9,956 nt of DNA from Prasinococcaceae sp. CCMP 1430 (Eukaryota; Plantae; Prasinodermophyta), in NCBI GenBank assembly GCA_013416795.1, contig RQSC01000012.1, positions 325,045 to 335,000 of the forward strand, read 5' to 3'. The position numbers and the translations under genes were made by a program. Below, in pieces: positions 1 to 6,984 of this stretch. The notes beneath the pieces are model-generated. The model was not told where the DNA came from. It ran no database searches and was given only the letters and a program-made list of their open reading frames with translations. How positions within the stretch are numbered: the first letter of the stretch is position 1; the number at the start of each line of letters is the position of its first letter.

Positions 1-2
1 GA

Positions 3-1061
3 GCGCGGCCGCGGGCGCGCGAGCTGGCGCGAGAGGGCGGGGCGGCAGGCGGGGCGGGCGAAGCGGTCGGGGGGGCGGAGGGTGACGACGACGGCGCGTG
101 GTCGGAGGACGACTTCAGCTGGTACACCAACAAGCGCACGCACCACGACAACCGCATCAAGACCTACGCCAACGCCAACTTCCCCAAGGACCCCGACGGA
201 CGGGTGTACCACCTGGGCTTCCGCCGAGGCGACGTCGCCAACCGCATCATCAGCGTGGGCGACGTGGGCCGAGCAGAGTTCCTCTCGACGATGCTCGAGC
301 CCGCCGCCGACGGCATCGTGCACAAGGTGATGTCCTCGCGCGGCTTCGTGACGTACACGGGGCGCTACAACGACGAGCCTGTGTCCATCATCGCCACGCT
401 GATGGGCGTCGCGAACATGGACATGGTCGTGCGCGAGGCGCGCGCGGTGATCGACGGAGACATGGCCGTCGTGCGGCTGGGCACCTGCGGCGGGCTGCAA
501 CCCGACGCGCCCGTGGGCACCGTTGTGGTGGCGTCGAAGGGCGCGGCGAGCTGCTACCGCAACCCGGACGCCTTCGGCCCGGACGCCGACGCGGGCGTCG
601 GCAAATACCACTTCAGCAAACCCGTGCCCGCGGACGGCGAGATGAGCGCGCTGCTCGTGGAGAACCTGCGCGCATCGCTGGACGACACCACGCCGGTTGT
701 TGAGGGCCTGGACGTGACCGCGTGCAGCTTCTACTCGTCGCAGGGGCGCGTGGATGCCGCGTTCATCGACCACAACGAGGATCTCACTGAGCGGTTGGTT
801 GAGCGTTACCCCGACGCCATGTCGCTGGAGATGGAGACCTTTCACCTGCTCGACCTCTGCCGCTGCTCCCACGGCACCATCAAGGGCGCGGCGGCGGCGC
901 TCGTGCTGGCGGCGCGCTTCTCCAACGAGTTCATCGACTCCAACCGTGTGGCGGAGCTCATGGAGGGCGCGGGACGCGCCGTCTTCGAGACGGTGTCCAA
1001 GGTGCCTCTCGACGTCCCGCACGGCATGGAGGCGTACGGCGACGACTGCGTGTGGCACTGA
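3..1061 (+). CDS. Uridine phosphorylase (PNP_UDP_1 family, protist/algal type), 5'-partial
   Basis: The frame of ORF 204..1061 is open with no stop and no ATG back to position 3 (…WSEDDFSWYTNKRTHHDNRIKTYANANFPKDPDGRVYHLG…), so the true start lies upstream of the window. Family motifs: NANFP-x3-DGRVYHL, VGDxxRA, SRGFVTYTG, MGVANMD, RLGTCG, FYSSQGR (the QGR uracil-pocket motif typical of uridine phosphorylases) and EME. TGA at 1059-1061. Confidence 0.88.
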   Translation, partial: ARPRARELAREGGAAGGAGEAVGGAEGDDDGAWSEDDFSWYTNKRTHHDNRIKTYANANFPKDPDGRVYHLGFRRGDVANRIISVGDVGRAEFLSTMLEPAADGIVHKVMSSRGFVTYTGRYNDEPVSIIATLMGVANMDMVVREARAVIDGDMAVVRLGTCGGLQPDAPVGTVVVASKGAASCYRNPDAFGPDADAGVGKYHFSKPVPADGEMSALLVENLRASLDDTTPVVEGLDVTACSFYSSQGRVDAAFIDHNEDLTERLVERYPDAMSLEMETFHLLDLCRCSHGTIKGAAAALVLAARFSNEFIDSNRVAELMEGAGRAVFETVSKVPLDVPHGMEAYGDDCVWH

Positions 1062-1106
1062 CCCCGCCCGGCGCGGCGCGGCGCGCGCCCGCACGGCGTC
1101 CCGTGC

Positions 1107-1111
1107 TGTAA
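1107..1111 (+). promoter_or_regulatory. TGTAA polyadenylation signal candidate for the uridine phosphorylase gene
   Basis: TGTAA begins 46 nt after the stop and is followed by a T-run. TGTAA is the established near-upstream poly(A) element of chlorophyte algae and is unlikely by chance at this GC content. Confidence 0.6.
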
Positions 1112-1306
1112 CCATTTTTTTTCCCGAATCCCTCGCGCCCTGCGCGCCGCGGCGCGCCGCGCCCTCCTCCCCCCCTGCCCCCGCGCCCTCCCCCCGACGT
1201 GCCGGCTCGCCCGCGCTCGCGCGCGGGCCGGCCTCGCCTCGCGCGGCCCACCCATTTCCGGTTTTCGACAAAACCCAAACCCGACCCCTCCCACTTTGCA
1301 CGGATT

Positions 1307-1307
1307 N
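1307..1307. other. Single N, probable collapsed assembly gap
   Basis: There is no ATG on + between 1062 and 1306. Non-coding-looking sequence on the left joins directly to NDC1 coding sequence on the right. Confidence 0.7.
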
Positions 1308-1309
1308 CG

Positions 1310-2803
1310 CTGGCGCGCGCCGCCGCGGCGGGCGGCGGCGACGACGGGCGGCTGCGCGTGTGCGTGGTGGGCGGAGGCTTCGGCGGGCTGTACACCGCGC
1401 TGCGGCTGGACGAGCTGGTGTGGCCCAACGGCGCCAAGCCGCGCGTGACGCTCGTCGACCGCTCGGAGCGCTTCGTCTTCAAGCCGCTGCTCTACGAGCT
1501 GCTCAACTCGGGCGCCGAGGAGTGGCAGGTGGCGCCGCGCTTCGACGAGCTGCTGGCGCCAACGGGTGTCGAGTATGTGCGTGGCGCCGTGCGCGCCGTC
1601 GACTACGAGAGCGACGCCGACGCGGCCGGGCGCGCCGGCGCGGTCACCGTCAGCGCGGCCGGCGACGGCGGCGAGGAGGAGATCCCCTACGACTGGCTCG
1701 TGGTGGCCACCGGTGCGGTCTCGCGTCTCGAGGGCGTCGAGGGCGCCAAGGAGCTCGCGATGCCCTTCGGCACGCTCGAGGACGCGCGCGCGGTGCGGGC
1801 GCGCCTCGAAGCACTTGAGGCGCGCACAGCGGGGGGCGGCGCCAAGCCGACCGTCGTCGTCGTCGGTGGAGGATACGCGGGCGTTGAGCTCGCGGTGACG
1901 GTCGCTGAGCGGATGGGCCCCGGCGGCGCGCTCGTGCGCCTCGTTGATGGCAACGACGAGATTATGAAGGGCGCCGCGGACGGCCAGCGCGAGGCTGCCA
2001 AGAGCGCGCTGAACAGCACCGGCGTCGTTTGTCAGCTGGGGGGATACGTTGACAGCCTCGAGAAGGCGGCGGCGCCCGAGGGCGCTGAGGACGACGCCAA
2101 GGTGATCATCACGGTGGGGGGCGAGCCCATCGAGGCGGACGCTGTGCTGTGGACGGTCGGCATGGTGCCTGCGACCACGGGGGAGGGCGGCGTGCACGCT
2201 GAGGTCAGCACCGACGGGGCCGAAGCGGGTGCGGATGCGGAGGCTGGCGACAAAGCCCACCCCCACCCCTTTCCCTTCCCTCTCAACTCTCGGAACATGA
2301 TCGAGGCCGACGCGACGCTGCGCGTGCCCGGGTTCTCGCGCGTGTTCGCGGTGGGCGATGTGGCGAGCGCCGACGTGGCGAGCGCGACCTCCTCGGCCGA
2401 CGCGCCCCTCTCCGCCACGGCGCAGGTCGCCTTCCAGCAGGCCGACTATGCCGCGTGGAACCTGTGGGCTGCCATCAACGGCAGGCAGCTGCTGCCCTTC
2501 CGATACCAGCACCTGGGGGAGATGATGTCGCTGGGCAAGACGAGTGGCGCGCTCAGCAGCGACGGCCTCGGCCTGCTGCCGGAGAAGCTCACGCTCGACG
2601 GGCTCGTGGGCGGCGCGGCGAGGCGCGCGGCCTACCTCTACCGCATGCCCACCAACGAACACCGCGCCAAGGTGGCGGTGTCGTGGGCGGCAGACCCGCT
2701 CGCCGGGCTGCTCGACATGGCCAAGGACAGGGGCGCGCCCATGGCTGGCGAGCTCGCCAAGGCCGTGCGCGCCGGGGCTGACGCGGCCAGGAAGTCGCTC
2801 TGA
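1310..2803 (+). CDS. NDC1: Type II NAD(P)H:quinone oxidoreductase NDC1 (plastoglobule demethylphylloquinone reductase), 5'-partial
   Basis: RVCVVGGGFGGLYTALRLDELVWP…PRVTLVDRSERFVFKPLLYELL (FAD-binding Rossmann motif) matches the plant NDC1 N-terminus as I recall it. Second GxGxxG in VVVGGGYAGVELA; LWTVG; TLRV…VFAVGD; TAQVAFQQADYAAWNLWAAINGRQLLPFRYQHLGEMMSLG; AYLYRMPT. No intron is needed. TGA at 2801-2803. The GTG start at 1199 in the ORF track crosses the N and is not credible; the ATG and transit peptide are missing. Confidence 0.92.
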   Translation: MARAAAAGGGDDGRLRVCVVGGGFGGLYTALRLDELVWPNGAKPRVTLVDRSERFVFKPLLYELLNSGAEEWQVAPRFDELLAPTGVEYVRGAVRAVDYESDADAAGRAGAVTVSAAGDGGEEEIPYDWLVVATGAVSRLEGVEGAKELAMPFGTLEDARAVRARLEALEARTAGGGAKPTVVVVGGGYAGVELAVTVAERMGPGGALVRLVDGNDEIMKGAADGQREAAKSALNSTGVVCQLGGYVDSLEKAAAPEGAEDDAKVIITVGGEPIEADAVLWTVGMVPATTGEGGVHAEVSTDGAEAGADAEAGDKAHPHPFPFPLNSRNMIEADATLRVPGFSRVFAVGDVASADVASATSSADAPLSATAQVAFQQADYAAWNLWAAINGRQLLPFRYQHLGEMMSLGKTSGALSSDGLGLLPEKLTLDGLVGGAARRAAYLYRMPTNEHRAKVAVSWAADPLAGLLDMAKDRGAPMAGELAKAVRAGADAARKSL

Positions 2804-2861
2804 GTGCGCGTGCGCGCCCGCCCGCGCCTGTGTCTGGCGCGCGGTTCCCCTTGTCAAGTAA

Positions 2862-2866
2862 TGTAA
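2862..2866 (+). promoter_or_regulatory. TGTAA polyadenylation signal candidate for NDC1
   Basis: TGTAA begins 59 nt after the NDC1 stop, in an AT-richer patch (ttgtcaagtaatgtaagatc). Confidence 0.6.
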
Positions 2867-2989
2867 GATCGCGTGTTCGTCAGTGTTTTCGTAACTGCAG
2901 CCCGCCCCGCACCAAGGCCACGCAGCTTATGGCGAGCACGGCGGCGCTCGGAGTGAGAGAGCGTCGGCTATGGCGCGGCCGCTGGTCCT

Positions 2990-3798
2990 TCATGCGTCCT
3001 TGGCGGCCGAGGGTGACTGCTTGGCGCCGTCCTCTTCGCAGACGTCGCCCTCGGCCAGCTCCTCGTCGTCTTCCTCGGCCACGTCGGCGTCTCCGCCGAG
3101 GAAGGCCAGCTCGCCTCCGAAGGCCGACTCTGCAGTCTTGAAGAACGCCTCGTACGTGTCATCTCCGAACAATACGAAGTGCACCTCTTTGAGCGCCCCG
3201 CACTCCGCCTTGATGACGTCGTACGCAGCGCTCGCGGCCTCGTCCTCTGGGTAGCCAAAGACGCCGCACGAGATGGCTGGGAACGCCACCGTGCTGAGCT
3301 CGTGCTCGTTGGCGAGGCGCAGGCTGTTGGTGTACGCGGAGCGAAGCTTGGGCTCCGACTCCTCCTTGGACGAGTAAATTGGGCCCACGGTGTGAATGAC
3401 GTGCGCTGCGGGGAGGTCGAACCCTGGCGTGATACGTGCCTCGCCCTGAGATGCGGGCGGGAGGGGCGGCGTGCGCGCGCGGAGCCGGCCGCTCGTCAGC
3501 GCCCGAGCGGCCGCGCGCCGCGCATCTTGTCCATCCCCCGCGCCCCGAGCGCTCGCGCGCGCCTGCGCACCGTGGGGCACCGCACGTTCGGCGCGACCTG
3601 TTCGACCTCCTCGCACGCCTGACGCAGCTGCGGCCCCGCTGCGCGATGGATGGCGCCGTCCACGCCGCCGCCTCCCAGCATCCTCTCGTTTGCCGCGTTG
3701 ACGATCGCCGAGCCCGGCCAGCGCGTCAAGTCCCCCTGGCACAGCACGACGCGGCACGTCGGGCTCACGGTGTACGCCGCCAGGCGGGCGAACGACAT
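2990..3798 (-). CDS. Macrodomain protein, MacroD/YmdB type (O-acetyl-ADP-ribose deacetylase / mono-ADP-ribosylhydrolase), 2 exons, 227 aa
   Basis: Exons 3798-3571 (ATG) and 3445-2990 (TGA) join in phase 0 to rebuild the canonical …RCPT|GEARITPGF…. Motifs: [47 protein letters not shown]. Confidence 0.93.
3446..3570 (-). other. Spliceosomal intron (125 nt) in the macrodomain gene
   Basis: On the minus strand: GTGCGC donor at 3570, CTGAC branch motif at 3499-3495, CTCAG acceptor ending at 3446. Removal restores CPTGEA. Confidence 0.9.
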
Positions 3799-3995
3799 GT
3801 CGCGCGGAGCGGCGGCTCGCGGCGCGAGCGGCGCTCACCCTCGTCTGCTCGACCCCCGCGCACAGCAGCAGGCCCACATGCCGCGCAAGAGCGCGCGCGT
3901 TGTGGCGGCGGGCGGGCGGCCCCCGAGTCGCTCGCAGTTTCGGTTTCGGTTCCGAGGGCGCCAGTGCGCGCGCGCGCGACACTGCGCGCCGAGCG
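3799..3995. promoter_or_regulatory. Putative bidirectional promoter between the macrodomain and FTase-alpha genes
   Basis: The two ATGs (3798 minus, 3996 plus) diverge across only 197 nt. The interval contains GTTTCG-GTTTCG-GTTCCG at 3937-3954. Promoter function is inferred from geometry only. Confidence 0.5.
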
Positions 3996-4856
3996 ATGGG
4001 CGACGCGGGGCGCGCGTCCGTCGACGCGTTCTTCGCCGCGCGCGGCGCGGGCGGCCTGGCCCCCGAGTGGGCGTACGAGTACGCCGACGTGGACCTGTCG
4101 GCGGCCGCGCGGGACTTCGAGGAGGACGAGCGCGGCGCCGTCGCGCGGCCCGAGTACGGCGCGGAGTACGCGTTCGCGTTCTGCGTGCTGCGCGCGATGG
4201 CNCGCCTCGGCATTGCGCGTGATTTTGAGCGCGCGTGCGTGGGCGTGGGCGTGGGCGGCCGTTGGTTCGCTGACACGCGCGGCCTCGTCTGACGCGCGGC
4301 GCGTTGCGCGCCTCGCAGGCAGTGGGCCCTCGGCGTGCTGGGCGACGGCGCCCCGGCGTGGCGCGCCGAGCTCGAGGTGACGCGCGAGCTCATCGAGGAC
4401 GACGTGCGCAACAACTCCGCGTGGAACCACCGCGCGCTCGCCGTGCGCATGATGCACTGCGCGCAGCCGTGCGAAGGCGGGGTCGCGGGCGGCGGCGGTC
4501 GGTTGCGATACGACCGCTCGGCGCCGCTGCCCGATGCTGTGCTCGCGGAGGAGACCGAGGTGGCGGCGGCGGCCGTGCGCAAGGCGCCGCACGCGGAGAC
4601 GGGCTGGTGCTACCTGCGCGGGCTGTACGCACCGATAGGGGGGCGGGTGGCCCTCGGCGCGCCGGGCTGCCCAGCGCGCGCGCTGTGCCTCGAGGCCTTG
4701 GGCAAGGACGCCAACAACGTGCACGCCCTCGAGCTGCTCCTCGACTGCGAGGAGGCGCGCGGCGGCGCCACGGCCGACGGCTGGCGTAGGCTCGCCGAGG
4801 TCGACCCCATGCGCGCGCGGTACTACGACCATCGTCGACGAGCAGCTAGCTGTTGA
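3996..4856 (+). CDS. FNTA: Protein farnesyltransferase/geranylgeranyltransferase-I alpha subunit (PFTA repeats), interrupted by a collapsed gap
   Basis: Segment 3996-4201: MGDAG…EWAYEYADV…AVARPEYGAEYAFAFCVLRAM, resembling EWxDV…VVxIxY…YxRA. Last exon 4319-4856: (R)QWAL…WRAELEVTRELIEDDVRNNSAWNHR…ELAEETE-like…NxSxW-like ETGWCYLRGL…DANNVHAL…LAEVDPMRARYY, TGA 4854-4856. The intervening PFTA repeats are absent at the N at 4202. Confidence 0.85.
4202..4202. other. Single N, collapsed assembly gap inside FTase alpha
   Basis: Coding sequence stops mid-codon on the left and intron-like sequence starts on the right. About 100 conserved residues expected between 'RA' and 'HRQW' are not in the window. 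Confidence 0.8.
4203..4318 (+). other. 3' part of an intron in FTase alpha
   Basis: CTGAC branch-type motifs at 4270-4274 and 4289-4293, and a CCTCGCAG acceptor ending at 4318. Phase 2 splicing gives R-QW as in the conserved HRQW. The donor is lost in the gap. Confidence 0.75.
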
Positions 4857-4967
4857 TGGAGGAGGCCTTGTGGGGGACGAGTACTGTAGGGGCCTAGCTA
4901 GAGAGCGGCCGGCGCACGTTTGGCAGCGTGGGCGAAACTTACTGCACGCGGACCACCCACGCCAACG

Positions 4968-6563
4968 TCACGCAGCCAACCGCCGCTCCCCTTCGCGCGT
5001 GATGTTGTGGCGCGCCAGCCTCGCCTCGAAGAGCTTGAGCGCGAAGCTGTAGAGCTCCTCGTCCGCCTCGTCCTCGAACCCATCGAGCGCCGACTCATCG
5101 TAGCGCCGCGCGCGCGCGCCGGCCTCCGCGCGCTGCTCGCGCGCGTCGAAGCCGTTCGAGGGCGTGTGCCGGTTGTCCATGAGCTCCACGGCGAGCTGCT
5201 CGGGCGGGGGGGACGTCCCGACCACGGCGTGCCACAGCGCGATGGATTCTCGCCACCTGCGCGCGCGCGCAGCTGGCCGTCAGCGCGCTCGGATTTGAGG
5301 GCGGCGCTTGCACCCAGCGCGCGTCGCCCTGCGCCGCCGCCGGCTCGCGCACCTACCTGTCTGTGATGCCGAAAAAGGCGAAGTCCTCAGCGAGCACCCG
5401 CTTGGCCTTGGCGACGTCGCCCTGGCGCAGCCCATCCCTGCGGTCGGAGGACACGCGCCTCTCCCCGCAGAACCTGTCGAGGAGCGTCTTTGTCTGGCAG
5501 CCGGTCACCCCCCACACGCGAGCGAACATGAGCGGCGTCTCCACGAGCGAGTACATCGCGAAGTTGTACTCGTTCCCGATCATGCGTGCGTGCAGGCCGG
5601 CACCGAATGCGCTGAGGAGGCGTTGGTTGGGGCGACGAAGCATCGTCGCCCACGGGAGTGACGGGACGCCCACCGCCGCCTCCAGCGCGCGCAGTTGGTC
5701 GTACGGACGGTGGCCGCCGTGGGCGTTGATGAAGCGCGCGTTCGGGCACCACTCGCTCGCGGGATAGCCCTGCACGAGGTCGAGCTGGGGGTTCCCCTTT
5801 GCGTACCCCTCGCGCACGGGGCGCTTGCCGCGTTCGTTCGCGTACGGCACGGTCTTGTTGGCGAGCACGCAGTTGGGCGTCGTCGCGTTGGGAAGCGTCG
5901 ACCCGCACGGAAGCGTGGTGGCGTTTGCGGGTATGGCCGGGCACGCGTAGTGGTACAGCGCTGTGCGTGGTGCGCGTGCGTGCGTGGGTGTGGGTGTGGG
6001 TGCGTGCGAGTGCGGGCGGGTGGGGCGGGGAGGGGACAAGGGTGTTAGGACGCCGTCGCTGCGGACGAGCAATGGGCGGAGGCTGAAGACCGCCAATCCG
6101 AGCGAGCTCCCGCCCCCGGCCTCTCACTGTCTGCGGGCGCGCGCCGTGGCACGGCGCGCGCAACCGTGGGCGCGTTGCGCCTCTCCGTCGCCGCGCTGCG
6201 GACGCACCTACGCCGAAGGCCGTGCCGCACTTGGGGATGTGCAGCCAAGCGATGTCGCGCCCTGCGGAGCCGCCCTCGGCCGCCGCGCGGAACGAGGGCG
6301 CGCGCATCTCGTCGGCTCTCGCTGCTCGAGCGAGGAGCTCGTCGTCGCTCAGCTCGGCCGCACTCCCAGACTCGCCCTGGTCACCGCCCGCGGCGCCGTC
6401 ACTGGCAGTACTTTCCTCGACGGCACGGTGAGGTGACAGGTGACCGTTGATGCGACGCAGCAACGCAGGGGGAGACTCGTGCAAGCGGCGCGCTGCGCTG
6501 CGCTCGTGCGCCGCGCCGCGCGTCGCCCGTCCGCCGCCGCCATCGCCGGGGCCTGCGCCGACC
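4968..6563 (-). CDS. PAPS-dependent sulfotransferase-like protein (Golgi carbohydrate-sulfotransferase type), at least 3 exons, probably 5'-partial
   Basis: Exons (gap)6563-6208, 5960-5357 and 5256-4968 (TGA). Spliced product: IAWLHIPKCGTAFGV|ALYHYACP… (5'-PSB-like HIPKxGT), MLRRPNQRLLSAF (3'-PB-like RxPxxRxxS), FAFFGITD|RWRESIALWHAVVG, and C-terminal DEADEELYSFALKLFEARL (D-x-x-LY-x-x-A-x-x-x-F). The exon-1 frame is open without an ATG into the N gap. Confidence 0.75.
5257..5356 (-). other. Intron (100 nt) in the sulfotransferase gene
   Basis: Minus-strand GTAGGT donor at 5356, CTGAC at 5283-5279, GCAG acceptor ending at 5257. Removal takes out the apparent TAG and restores GITDRW. Confidence 0.88.
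5961..6207 (-). other. Intron (247 nt) in the sulfotransferase gene
   Basis: Minus-strand GTGCGT donor at 6207, CTAAC at 6048-6044, CACAG acceptor ending at 5961. It contains CA-rich low-complexity repeats. The phase 1 join gives FGVALYHY. Confidence 0.8.
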
Positions 6564-6984
6564 NNNNNNNNNNNNNNNNNNNNNNNNNNNNNNNNNNNNN
6601 NNNNNNNNNNNNNNNNNNNNNNNNNNNNNNNNNNNNNNNNNNNNNNNNNNNNNNNNNNNNNNNNNNNNNNNNNNNNNNNNNNNNNNNNNNNNNNNNNNNN
6701 NNNNNNNNNNNNNNNNNNNNNNNNNNNNNNNNNNNNNNNNNNNNNNNNNNNNNNNNNNNNNNNNNNNNNNNNNNNNNNNNNNNNNNNNNNNNNNNNNNNN
6801 NNNNNNNNNNNNNNNNNNNNNNNNNNNNNNNNNNNNNNNNNNNNNNNNNNNNNNNNNNNNNNNNNNNNNNNNNNNNNNNNNNNNNNNNNNNNNNNNNNNN
6901 NNNNNNNNNNNNNNNNNNNNNNNNNNNNNNNNNNNNNNNNNNNNNNNNNNNNNNNNNNNNNNNNNNNNNNNNNNNNNNNNNNNN
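6564..6984. other. Scaffold gap of 421 N
   Basis: Run of n from 6564 to 6984. Open coding frames enter it from both sides in divergent orientation. Confidence 0.99.

Noticed and set aside
842-2857. Long antisense and alternate-frame ORFs (842..2857, 754..1818, 6349..8448, 3765..4832, 7647..8561 and others)
   Set aside because: They are Arg/Ala/Gly/Pro-rich shadows of real genes caused by stop-codon scarcity at high GC, have no family motifs, and several cross Ns.
6349-6543. ATG at 6543 (minus; MAAADGRR…) as the sulfotransferase start
   Set aside because: It is out of frame with the catalytic exon, no convincing splice path or TM anchor was found, and the catalytic frame is open into the gap. 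It remains possible if an unrecognised intron exists.
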